This document shows, piece by piece, positions 38,125-50,500 of a DNA stretch of 64,000 bases (positions are counted from its first letter, which is position 1; every line of letters begins with the position of its first letter). Source of the stretch: Octopus sinensis (lineage: Eukaryota); the NCBI RefSeq assembly GCF_006345805.1, contig NC_043012.1, forward strand, positions 31,248,001 to 31,312,000, read 5' to 3'. The notes under the pieces were generated by a model. It saw only the letters and a program-made list of their open reading frames with translations, searched no databases and was not told the origin of the DNA. A program made the position numbers and the translations under genes.

Positions 38125-38290
38125 AGGGAGAGTTTACGAAAAAAAAACAAAAGACGAAGACAGATGATGTACAAAACAAACAGATGTATTAGTATAACGA
38201 TCAAGAATAGAAAAAGTATTTTGCGTTTCGAGCCTACGCTCTTCTACAGAAAGGGACACAGAAAAAAATAAGGAGAGAAAAAATGTGTGT
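38125..38290 (-). mobile_element. Family H3 repeat end with hammerhead-like core
   Basis: Minus strand 38216-38254: ccttt-CTGTAGA-A-GAGC-gtag-GCTC-GAAAC-gca-aaat; next to (TA)n. Confidence 0.55.
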
Positions 38291-38316
38291 ATGGCTACAT
38301 GCATACATACACACAC

Positions 38317-38393
<77 letters not shown>

Positions 38394-38977
38394 GAGGCCT
38401 CTATATATATAATAACGGTTTACTATATTTAAAAACAGTCAGTTTTTCACACACAAACATATTTAAGATTCTTTTTGGGTTTTTCTGAGAAGCTTAAGCA
38501 TTATAAGAAGCTTTAAAGTTTAAGAAGCTTAAAGATTTTTAGTGAAGTGGCGTTCGCCCCTTTGCGTAAACATTGCTGTTGTACGTAAAGTGATATTTTA
38601 TACCCTCATGCTGCATGTATGTTGAAATACATAACTGATAAACACTCCAAGTTCAATATATTTCTCTGGAATAAATTTTAATGGGTGATATGTTATTCTG
38701 GAATATATTGAACGAAAGCCTTTTATTTCTTCTAGAATAAAATATCGTTCAAACCATTCTCTAAACAACTGGTCGTTAAACAAACATTTTTTATACAGAA
38801 AATAAACCTTCCCTGATAAAGAATTCTTATACAATATTATTTACTGTACTTTTAATTAAAGACACGTTGCCTAGTGGAGAGGGTGTTGCAGTTGCGTTCG
38901 TAGTTTCGATTTCCACCATATCTGGTGGCGCGTTGTGTTCTTGAGCAAACATTTCGTCTCATGTTTCCCTGCGATTA

Positions 38978-39133
38978 CAGTGAATAGATATAATTCCTTC
39001 TCTTCAAGTATATTTCTTACAGAATAATAAACATCGAATATATTCATCTCAACCGGGGGTGGGATGACTGTATTCGATGTTTATTATTCTGTAAGAAATA
39101 TACTTGAAGAGAAGGAATTATATCTATTCACTG
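38978..39133. repeat. Perfect 63-bp inverted repeat (foldback hairpin)
   Basis: 38978-39040 is the exact reverse complement of 39071-39133; the 30-nt centre is also partly self-complementary. Confidence 0.95.
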
Positions 39134-39174
39134 GTTTATTACACGGAATGGTTATCTATGTTCTATGTGGCATA

Positions 39175-39395
39175 AAAACAGCGAGCTAGCAGAACATGAG
39201 CACGCTGGGTAAAAATGCTTAGCGGCATTGCGTCCATCTTAACGTTCCGAGTCCAAATTCCGCTGAGGTCGACTTTGCCTTTCATAATTTCGGAGTCGGT
39301 AAAATAAGTACCAGTTGAGCAATGGTGTCGATGTAATCGACCAACACCCCATCCCCGAAATAGCTGGCCTTTTGTCCAAACCTGAAAGCTATATT
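39175..39395 (+). mobile_element. SINE family A (old tail)
   Basis: gcgagctagcagaa..gctgaggtcgactttgcctttc..tagctggccttttgtccaaac. Confidence 0.8.
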
Positions 39396-39844
39396 TTACG
39401 CGGCATAGACATACAGACTAGAGCTCACATACGGTTACGAGATTTTGCACCAGAAGTAAACCCGGTCAAAGTTTTTCATGGAAGATTTTTGCCCATTCAT
39501 GCAAATTCCCCCTTTCCACACCACCGATGATGTTCTAGCGGAAGACAAGGCATCCCATCTTATGTTCTGACGATTTCAGCAACACACCTACTCTTGATTT
39601 GTGAGTCCTTTTATCGACCTCGAAAATAAGAAAGTAAAGTTGACCTCATCCACTTAGCCACTTAGTTAATTAACCGACTTACACGTATAAAGCAGATCTA
39701 AACAAATTAGTGTTATTTAACCCTATGCCAACCTTGATTTTACTTAAAATCAAACACTTTCAATTGGGATTTGAAGCCATCTCACAAAGACTATATATCA
39801 AGAGTTTATATTTTCACTTGCGGGCCTTGCAAACCCATTAGAAT

Positions 39845-40215
39845 TTCTTTTATCCTTTATCTTTTACTTGTTTCAGTCATTTGACTGCAGCCACGCTGTG
39901 CCACCACCTTGAAGGGTCCTAGTCGAACAAATCGACCTCAGGACATATTTGTTGAGCCTAGTACTTATTCTATTGGTCTCTTTTGTAGAACCGCTAAGTT
40001 ACAGTGACATAAACACAGCAACATCGCTTGTCAAGCGATGGTGGGAGATACACACACACACTCACAAAAACAACGGGCTTCTTTCAGTTTCCGTGTACCA
40101 AATCGACTCATAAGGCTTTGGTCGTCCCGAGGCTACAGTAGAAGACACTTGCTCAAGGAACCACGCAGTGGCACTGAACCTGGAACCATGTGGTTGAGAA
40201 GCAATACGTCAACCA
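39845..40215 (-). mobile_element. SINE family B
   Basis: ttttacttgtttcagtcatttgactgcagcc..gaacctggaaccatgtggttg. Confidence 0.85.
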
Positions 40216-40709
40216 TATTTGCATCCATTGATGTTTGATTCACGAAACTCTAAGACAACCCTGGCAGAATTCGAACCATTTACCGAGATAGTGGTGTACT
40301 GTAAGTTTATGTTCTCACCTTTTTGTGAGCTTGTTGCTTTCTGTTTCCTGCTTCTTCTGGACTGAAGTGTAAAAGGCTACATACTTTTGAGTATGGTCAA
40401 AAAGATTTGTTTATAACTTTGTGGCGTAAGATATTTATCAAAATATATACATAATAAAATTCTTATTATGTACAATGCAAAATATATAAATATCTATATA
40501 GAAAATCAAAGCAAATATGGAATATTGATCTCCCTTAATCCTTTAGTTTACGTATAACTTTGGATAATCACACTATTTAAAATGTAGGATTAGAGGAGTA
40601 AATAGGATTAACGAATAGGGGTGGACAGAAAGAAATGATACCGAGATAAACATTGCAGAAAATTAAAGAGACAAATGGAAAAACTATATAGTTATAGATT
40701 ATGAGAGAT

Positions 40710-40780
<71 letters not shown>

Positions 40781-41724
40781 TAAATGAATTTCATTGGGAA
40801 AGACAGAAGGATTAGTATGAATGTAAGTAAACACAATACTTCAGCTCTCAGTATTTTACCGTTTATAATGATTTCCCAATCTGAGGCAATGGTTTCTTTG
40901 AATATCAGAGCTGGCTTTCAAATAAATTTGTGAAGATGAAGTTTTAGATTTATCAAATTAATTTTGTATCTGCTTGTCCCTGGACAATTGAGCAAATTCA
41001 ATATTTTCAAACAAAGGAAATAAATCAAAACAAAAGGGAACAATTCAATTGATTTAACATATCTTACTTGTTACATGGAATTTTAAATAATATTCATCTT
41101 ATTTCCCAATGCAATGTAATTCTCCTCTTACATATATCTATCTCTGAAATCTTAAGTCGACGGTTTTTTTTCCGGTGGAAAAGTTTAAATTTCATTGAAA
41201 TAGAAAGAGAAACACATCTTATAGGTTGGTTGATGTTATTTAAGGAGCTAAAAACTTCAATTTTGCTTTATATTAGAATCGATTCTAAATAATTTGTGTA
41301 AAATGCAATTTCTTATTATAGATAAAAATTCATTTCAGTCAATTATTCCGAATACTTGGATTACAATGTGGGTTTTCATTCCCGCTTAAGAAGATTTAGC
41401 TCCTCTTCTACATCGATCTCCACCTTCTCTGGTTAAGTCATTAATCAAAAGAATACTTTATTGGAAAAGCCATACATGTCTTATTTCTCATTTCCATTCA
41501 CGTAAAATATCGGATATTTCTACCTTGTCGGAAAGAAACCAATATCAAATTTTGAATGGAATTTAGATTCCTGTGAAATAAATACGTGAAACGTTTTCTA
41601 TTCTTAGAGTTATTTATATTTCTATACTTATACGAAAAGATTGCAGCATTAACTTATGTTTCAAGAGAAATATAGCAAGAAAGGGAGAAAATGGACGAAA
41701 GAAGAGCAGAAAGAATTTGATACG

Positions 41725-41796
41725 ATAATTATCCCGGCCTTAGCTTGGTAATCCGATTGATGAACCGGATTATCAAGCTGAGAAGGGGCTAATTAT
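41725..41796. other. 72-nt imperfect hairpin, pre-miRNA-like in shape
   Basis: ataattatccc..cttagcttggtaatccg-attgatgaac-cggattatcaagctgag..ggggctaattat. Confidence 0.45.
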
Positions 41797-41925
41797 ATTA
41801 TTTCTACTCATCCTTCAACCATTTTATTCCCCTTCTTCCAACTTTTAAATAATAGTAAATGTAACTCCTACATAATGTCTGGAGTGCTTCTTTCGCTTGT
41901 CCAGTCACCAGTACACATACACACA

Positions 41926-41977
<52 letters not shown>

Positions 41978-42234
41978 TCACACACACATATTTACAATAA
42001 AATAGGAAAATAGAAATATTTTGATATTATTTATTCTCCATTACACGTGTTTCATTTTCTAATAGGAGTCATAAAGATTTACATGTTAAATAGACATGTA
42101 AAGAATTTCTAATAAGAAATTCTTCAGTTAAAAATAGTTATAATACAAAAATAACAAACACACACACATACACATACATATTCCTATGCGTATATGTATG
42201 TGTATGTTAGTGTGTGTGTATGCGTATATCTCTA

Positions 42235-42430
42235 TGTATGTCTTCGTGTTTGTGTTTGTTCTTCACTACTACTTGACAGCCGGTGCTGCTTTGTTTACGC
42301 CTCCGTCACTTTAGCGGTCAAGCAAAAAGAGACCGATAGAATAAGTTCGCGGTTTTAAAAAATTAGTACTGAAGTCGAATTGTTTCATTAAGCCCTGCAC
42401 GGCCGCTGTTCAATGACTGAAACCTGTAAG
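42235..42430 (+). mobile_element. SINE family B 3' half, degenerate
   Basis: cttgacagccggtgctgc..gagaccgatagaataag..aatgactgaaac. Confidence 0.7.
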
Positions 42431-43519
42431 AGATACACAACGAATTTAAACCAAATCGAGACTGCCTCAATTGGAGAGTCTGTTTAGGAGAAGGACGCGC
42501 ATGTTTTCTTTATATAGATATATTCTTACAGAATAGATCCCTATTTAACTGACCAACAAAACCCGATTTAACCGATCAATTGAATTACTTTTAACTGACT
42601 AATAAGTCCTTCTGAAACTGACCATTGGACCCTTAATTCCTAATGCACATTCTTTCTCAAAGATTGAGATCTCATTTGATTTCAAAGGGTTTTCATTCTC
42701 GCTTAAGAAGATTTAGCTCCTCTTCTACATCGATCTCCACCTTCTCTGGTTAAGTCATTAATCAAAGGAATACTTTATTGGAAAAGCCATGCATGTCTTA
42801 TTTCTCATTTCCATTCGCGTAAAATATCGGATATTTGTACCTTGTCGGAAAGAAACCAATATCAAATTTTGAATGGGATTTAGATTCCTGTGAAATAAAT
42901 ATGTGAAACGATTTCTATTTGATCGTTCTAAAATTCTGGATTTCCTCGAATAAATGTGTTTAAATCTGTTTGCGGAAAAAACGAATAAATTTAAAATTGA
43001 TAAATTCAATTTTTTATCAACAAGGAAAACTTGTGCATGGCGTACTGCTGATATATAGCGTGCAGGTTAATTGACGGAGCGATATAAGTAGCTGTAAATA
43101 TGTCTCTTGACGTTAATTACAGTTATTAACTATTGTCACAAATAATAAGCACATTTCCGAGTAACCATTGCTTGAAATATGTTATTAAAGTCAGCCATCT
43201 TTAATATATTGTTAATTTATTTTGAGCTAGAGGAAAATAGAAAAGAAGACAAAATAGAATTAATTCGTGATGGATTAAAACATAAATCTATTAAAGAAGT
43301 CTTTCATACATTTTAAAGATGTCAAAGATAAGCATATAGGAGAAGTGATGTGACAGGTAAAGGAAAAAAAAACGAAAACAGTTATAATAAGGATTATAGT
43401 CTAGTTCTAGTAATAATGGTGGTGATAGCGGTGGTGGTCGTCGTAGTATTAGTAGTGTTGTAGTAGTAGTAGTAGTAGAAGTGGTATTATTATCATTATT
43501 ATTATTATTATTATTATTA

Positions 43520-43566
<47 letters not shown>

Positions 43567-43585
43567 GTAGTAGTAGTAGTAGTAG

Positions 43586-45893
43586 TGAGCGATGCGAATT
43601 GTGGAAAGGCTTCAGTTGAGTTGAATATGCAACTTAGTTTCAATATAATTTCATATCAATATCACTGCCTCGGGCACCAAGACGTCGCAACTGTCCAACA
43701 AAATCATCCGGTCTATAATTCCAAATCCACGTCTGATTAAGGATATTGCGCGTGAATTTATTGTTTCAATATTAATTTTGGAATTCAGCTTTGACTGCAA
43801 TAATTTTCTGACTCTCCTTGTGTACTCTCTACTGGTCATTTGTTTCATTTCTTCATTTTGTTTATCTCATTTGCTTCCAGGATCCCCAAGTACTGTCCTT
43901 ATACTACTGTCCTTTCTCAACCGCTTTCATTCTTTGTCCATTTAACATTTCAATTCCCTGGCTTCTTTCAAATCTTCCTCGTTCCATTTTCAATATAGCG
44001 CACTTTTCTACTCCAAATTCCATAACTGTGTCATTTGAGAAAATGCGGATAGTATGTACAAGGCTTTCAAGCTGTTTCTCATTTTTCGCATAAACCTTTA
44101 TATCAACCATGAAAAGGAGATGATTTTACCTGATCTTTTCCTTTTCCCAAATCGTAAGCAATTTTAACATTTCATAGTGAGCGGTTTCATGGCCAATACA
44201 AATAGTAATAGAGTTAAGCTATCACGTTGGAATATTCCACGTCTGATATTCACTTTTTCTCCAATCAATTCAGTATTCCAATGATTCATACTTCCATTAA
44301 GCATTTTCTTCACGTTTCTTTGCTATTCCATACATGCTCATTGTTTTACTTATCCAACTGTGCGGTACCATGTCGTATGCTTTTTTGTAATCTAGCCATG
44401 CTACATTCAGTCCTGTCAATCTGCGTCTACAATTTCTAATTATCAGTTTATCAACTAATAAGGGATTTTTTGTTGCCCTGCTATGTTTTCTGCGTCCTTT
44501 CTGTTCCTGTGGAAGCAGATTATTTCTTTCCAGATGGTTGTATAACTCTTCCGCCTTGACACCGGTCGTAAGCTTCGACATTAGTGGTAAACAGATTATA
44601 CGTCGAAAATTTGATGTCAAGTTGAAGCATAGCAGTATTCGTCCACTTGTCATCCAAGTAGGAACGTGACCTTGCTGCAGGCAGTCATCCAGTTGCGCAG
44701 CGATCTTTTCATGCAACTGTGTAAAGTACTTCAGCCGATAGGCTTGTATTCCATCAGGGCCTGGTCCTTTTCAATTCGCTATTTTTTAAACTTCTGTCTC
44801 ACTGTATATAGATTAATTCTAACGCCCTTTTGTCTTGGTACAGTTTCAAGTTGTCTTTCCACCTTTGTTAACCACATCGCGCTTTCTTTAATGTCACGCA
44901 GGCCTGTTCTTTACTTTCTTCCCATTCTGGTAGCAGTTCCTGGTGTTGTCCTCCTTCTCTTTCTTCAAATAGGCGCCTTCTATTTGATTGGAATAGTCAG
45001 TTCTGTTCTAAAACTTTGCATCTAGCATCATGTCGTTTCAATTTGGCCTTTAATGCTGTCACCTTTTGTGTTAATTCTTCACGTGCTGTTTGTTTTCGCC
45101 TTTCAATTTTCTGATTACTGCCTTATTCTTAAGCTCTCCTCTCACTATCCTATTCAGTTGCCCCAGTTCTTTCCGCGCCTTTTCCAGCTTCATTCGTATT
45201 CTCTTCCTCCAGTTTAGTTCTCTCTTTTCACTTGCTTTTATATCTTCAGTTTTTCGCTTGTAGCCTACTATGTTAGCAACGACATTAGCCGCAGCTATGA
45301 TTAGCTAGCTTGTTTCACTGATGTTATCTACTTTAGTGAAGCTTAAAACGTCCTTTACTTTGCCTGTGGCTTTCCTCACTTGTTTTCTATCCATATATCT
45401 TACATTTGGTGGTACTTCATTGTTCCCATTAGTCATTTTGCCTCGCAACATTTCTAAAATCTCCTTCTCTATATCATTCAAGTCTTGTGCAGTACTTACT
45501 GTCACTTGTCTACTTAGATCGTCTTCATTGGTTACTTTATCAGTATTCTCTGGTACTCTGCGGTTTCCATCTCTTTCATGTTCCTCATCTCTTACCCCTT
45601 CCTTACCGCCTTCTGCTATTTCTGTTTCACTCTCATTCTGCTCTTTTTTTTATATGTTTCTCTGAATGTCTTCAATCTCTACAGTCGTAATCCAGTCGTT
45701 CCTACGGATTGCTCTTTCTTCGTCCATCAGTCGCTAGGCTGATGTTTCAAAACCTCCTTTTTCATCCCATATTCTCTTCATTCAATTCACGAAGCCTCTT
45801 TTATTTGGCTCACTTCTCAGCCAGAATTCGATTACTATTTTGTTTACTTCTTTTCCCCCATTTTATTATTTTTCTTTTGCACTTTTGACTGCG

Positions 45894-45894
<1 letters not shown>
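43586..45894 (-). mobile_element. Dong/R4-clade non-LTR retrotransposon, degenerate, internally deleted, in (TAA)n
   Basis: N-terminal WGKEVNKIV..RSEP..RG..MKRIWDEKG; RT HEKIAAQL..PTWMTSGR..LPQEQKG..WLDYKKAYDMVPHSWI, IRRGIFQ.DSL, LLFMVDIKVYAK, FGVEKCA, KYLG. (TAA)n on both sides; no endonuclease domain seen. Confidence 0.88.
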
Positions 45895-45930
<36 letters not shown>

Positions 45931-45950
45931 TATTATTATTATTATTATTA

Positions 45951-45997
<47 letters not shown>

Positions 45998-46240
45998 TAT
46001 TATTATTTTGTAGTAGTAGTAGAAGAAGAATACGAAACATTATTATTATTTTTATTTATAGAAGTAGCAGCAGCAGTGGTTGTAGTAGTAGTAGTAGTAG
46101 TAGTAGTACTAGTAGTAGTGGTAGTAGCAGCAGCAGCAGCAGCAGCAGCAGAAGAAGAAGAAGAAGAAGAAGAAGAAGAAGAAGAAGAAGAAGAAGAAGA
46201 AGAAGAAGAAGAAGAAGAAGAAGAAGAAGAAGAAGAAGAT
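45895..46240. repeat. Compound (TTA)(AGT)(AGC)(AGA) microsatellite
   Basis: Directly visible. Confidence 0.95.
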
Positions 46241-46979
46241 GCAACGGCAGAAGGGTAAGAAAGAATAGAAGTGAGTGTGCAATGGGTTGAGAATGGAACT
46301 AAAATGGAAACGAGGTGTTTCTGAAGATGGCAATATTGGGGACGGCGTAATGAAGAAATCTGTTAACGTTTCATTACATCTTTCCTTGGCTTTTAAGAAG
46401 AAGAACAAAGAGAATATCTTGAATATGTAGAAGCCACTTGCAGAAAGTATAAACAGAAAAGAACCCATTTTAAGACAATAAAATTATTCCAATTCCATTC
46501 TTACACAAAAGCTAACATGACAATAAGATAACAAAAAGTGATTGAAATGCATTTCTGGTACAGGATATTCCTTCAACTCCAGAGATTTCAATAGTTTGAA
46601 CCTCTGCTGCATCTAATCTGGAATTGTGGATAATTCCAAGTTTGTTAGGATCGAAATGTTTAAATTTTAAAAAATATGTGTAAAAATATGATTGTTGCTG
46701 GTATAGAATGAACTTAATACATAAAACAATGGAATATAACCAGAAACCTAAACGTTATCTTAAACAAAACAGAAACTTTATAATCTGCATCTAACACAAT
46801 TCTGACACAAACACGGGAAAATTTAGTTCATTAAGTTCTACATTAATGATTAAGGATTATAAATAAGGGATACTACAGGACCGTTGACAAGATGGTTATA
46901 TTTTGAAAGACCTATTTCAAATAAAATTAGAGGAATTACTTCGAAATATATTTGTCTCTTCCAGTAATATTATCGTTTG

Positions 46980-47283
46980 TTGTTGTTTGTTCCTTTCTGA
47001 GCCCTGCCTGGCTCATAAGGGCCGGTTTCCCAGTTTCATTGGCGTATAGGTTCCCCACCTGGATGGGACGCCGGTCCGTCGCAGGTGAGCTGCTAGATGC
47101 AGAAGGAAGGAGTGAGAGAAAGTTGTGGTGGAAGAGTCAGCAGAAGTTCGCGTGAAGTTGCCGGATTCGCGTGGAGCGTAGGTGTTTCGCTCATAAACAC
47201 ACTCATCGCTCAGTCTGAGATTCGAACCCGCGATCCCTCGACCGCGAGTCCGCTACTCTAACCCCTAGGCCATCTGCCTCTAC
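46980..47283 (-). mobile_element. tRNA-Arg-like SINE family D with (AAC)n tail
   Basis: 14-bp TSD aatattatcgtttg at 46966-46979 and 47284-47297; head gatggcctaggggttagag..gggttcgaatc. Confidence 0.9.
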
Positions 47284-48252
47284 AATATTATCGTTTGGAG
47301 TTCATAAAATATTAAAATACTGAAGTCAGTGTAATCGATTGTTCTATCCTCTAAAACACGTGACATGCCAAAGTAAGAAATAATTATTGTAAAAACCAAT
47401 GTCCGTAGAACGCTGGTTACAAGTAACTCTGTTCACTTTGTACGGAAGAGCAATATCTATTATTGACTCCGATATTGGGGAAAGTGCTCATCGTTTGATG
47501 TCCCGAATAAATTTATCTTGCGTTGTTCTAAGTGCTTTTGTTTTATTTATTAAGAAATATACATGATCTAAATATAAAATGGGTTGCAACGGCATGTAAT
47601 GTACTTTAATTTATGTACTTTAATTTATGTAATGTATTTAATTTATGTCATGCCTGAACGTTTATATAATTTATTCTAAGACATTTATATAACCTGTTCT
47701 CAGACATTGGTTATTCAAAGGGAACTTAGTAAAGTCCTTACTGTCACGTTATTAGGGATATTAACTGAAGAGTCATTATTTTTTGAATCACTATTATTAC
47801 TGCTATTTGACGAGAACACAACTGGAGTAGTATCATCTTTACTAGATTGCGATATATTGGTTAATTGCGGTTATTTTATCGGTTAGATTTGGCGTGGTGG
47901 AATATGAAAATTTTATTAAATGTCTATTAAAGATTTTACTATATCTATTAATGGGGAAAAAGTGCTTCTCCATTGCTTTAAAATGTTACTCTATAGATCG
48001 GATAAAAATTTGTCTATGGATCAGAATGTTAATTTTTATAAAACTTGACATATATTCCAACATTAAAATTAAGAGGCTAATTTACAGAGCATAGAACTAG
48101 AATATTATAGAAATAAAGTAATTTAAATGTGCAACGATGAAAAAATAAACTATTCTTTATCTTCCATGGTATTTCAAACCACGTACTAACTTTTCGAAAA
48201 TATAACTTTCTATGTGAAATTTTAATTTCAACTGCTTTCCTAATATATACTG

Positions 48253-48347
<95 letters not shown>

Positions 48348-48407
48348 CTCTCTCTCTCTCTCTCTACCTACCTACCTACCTACCTACCTACCTACCTATC
48401 TATCTAC

Positions 48408-48479
<72 letters not shown>

Positions 48480-48749
48480 TGGTCGTTTTTTTTCCTCTTC
48501 CCCTTTTTTCTTCTTTTTTTCATTTCTCTTTTCTTTTGTTCCTTTTCCTTTTCTTCTTTTTTTCTTTTTCTTTTTTTCTTTTTTCTTTTATTTTTTTTGT
48601 TCTTTTCTTCCCTTTTACGATCCCTCTTGATCGAAAACCTACGCCACCCCTTTTTTTTGTTTCTTTTGTTTTTTTCATTCCCCAAAAGAAAAGCTCTACC
48701 TTGTAACTTGTCCCATCTGTGTGCAGCCCTGTGTGGCCAATAAAGAAAC

Positions 48750-48838
<89 letters not shown>

Positions 48839-48855
48839 ATCTATCTATCTATCTG
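48253..48855 (+). mobile_element. Putative LINE 3' end (48480-48750) between two (TATC)n arrays
   Basis: Ends ttgtcccatctgtgtgcagccctgtgtggccaataaagaaac-(TATC)n; homologous to 24575-24900. Confidence 0.5.
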
Positions 48856-49140
48856 TATATCATGACAGAATAGTGAAAAACTGCGTTCGTGTGTGTGAGA
48901 GAGGGATATTAATGGAAGATTGAAAAAGAAAGAGAATCAGTCGATGACGTTTCTCTACTTCATAACAATTCTATTCAATTCTTCCTCTAAAGCAGGTTGC
49001 AGTTTTCCAACATTTCTGAACATGACTCATCTTTACTTTATGCCAAGAGAAACTCAGACTTCAGACTTTGTTATGGCATCAGGATCTGCTTTCAAACATT
49101 GGTAATGGCTCATTTCAAAATGGCGACTTTATTGCAAGAC

Positions 49141-49210
<70 letters not shown>

Positions 49211-49253
49211 CACACATACATGCATATCTACGTATGACATACATACAAGCATG

Positions 49254-49286
<33 letters not shown>

Positions 49287-50064
49287 ATATGTGTGCGTGT
49301 ATGTGTGTGTATTTGTATGTTTGTATGTGTACTTGTGAGTGTGTGTGTTTGGGTGATAGAGACAGAGAGAAAGAGAGAGAGAAAGAAAGAGAGAGAGAGA
49401 AAGAGAGAGATTGAGAAAGAAAGAGAATGAGAAAGTGAGGAAGAGGAAGACTGAGGAAGACGCTAAATATTTCAAGCAGTTTTGTGTAAAAGAAGACTTG
49501 TATTTGACGTTGCTTTTATCTTTCCTACAACTGTTGTTCCCGATCACGTGTGGTTGGACTTACTTTTTTCGCATTGTTTTCAACTTGTTCGTTACCTTGC
49601 TTCTTAACTTGTTTAATCTTCTTAGCAATATCAAGGTAGAATACAAGTGATGTTTAATAATGTACTTCTCTTAGTTCTCTGAAAGAAATTTGTTACGCAT
49701 CGATTATTTCAAAATAAGCTTTCGTTAATTTCGATTTCTACATTCTGCATGTTACCATTTAAGTACCTGATATTACCTTACAAGAAGCTTGAATGAGAAT
49801 AAAACTTTGATTGCCAGTGGCAACTATTTGTGTGTTTATCGTAATAGTAGAATCAGTTTCAGTTATTGGATGGAAGTCTGGTTCTGCTGACAAGTACCCA
49901 CTTATAAATGTACTCTACTTCTCTATTGGGATTCACCTTTACTTGATTTATACGAGGTCTTTGTGTGTAGCATTGTTGCAGTAATTTTCAGATATGCATT
50001 CTATTCTTTAGCAAATGCTTGTAGAGCAAGTTACTTATATTGGTTTCAAATTTTAACGCAAGGC

Positions 50065-50500
50065 CAGCTAGTTTTATGGACGTGGTAAGTCGATTACATC
50101 AACCCCAGTGCGTAACTGGTACCTATTTTACCGACCCCCAAAAGGATGAAAAGCAAAGTTGATTTTGGCGGTATTTGAACCCAGAAGGTGAAGACAGGTG
50201 AAATGCTGTTAAGCGTTTTGCCCGACGCACTAACGATTCTGCCAGCTCGCTGACTTATAACTTACTTATATTAAAATATATTTCTTTACTATCCACAAGG
50301 GGCTAAACACAGAGAGGACAGACAAACGGATTAAGTCGATTATATCGACCCCAGTGCGTAACTGGTACTTAATTTATCGACCCCGAAAGGATGAAAGGCA
50401 AAGTCGACCTCGGCGGAATTTGAACTCAGAATGTAACGGCAGACGAAATATGGCTACGCATTTCGCCCGGCGTGCTAACGTGCCTGTCAGCTCGCTGACT
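50065..50500 (-). mobile_element. Two tandem SINE family A copies (old then young)
   Basis: A 36-bp direct repeat, 50243-50278 = 50488-50523, bounds the young copy. Confidence 0.9.

Larger units (their letters stand above)
41371..42920. repeat. Pair of ~230-bp near-identical direct repeats (41371-41601, 42688-42920)
   Basis: gcttaagaagatttagctcctcttctacatcgatctccacc..gattcctgtgaaataaata occurs twice with few substitutions. Confidence 0.9.

Noticed and set aside
46109-46468. Possible exon in the non-repetitive part of the minus-strand ORF
   Set aside because: No recognisable domain, and no neighbouring exons or clear splice pair.
46980-47283. tRNA-like segments as true tRNA genes (also 1700, 4600, 8331, 51800, 58345)
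   Set aside because: No closed acceptor stem; they continue into SINE bodies, some with TSDs.
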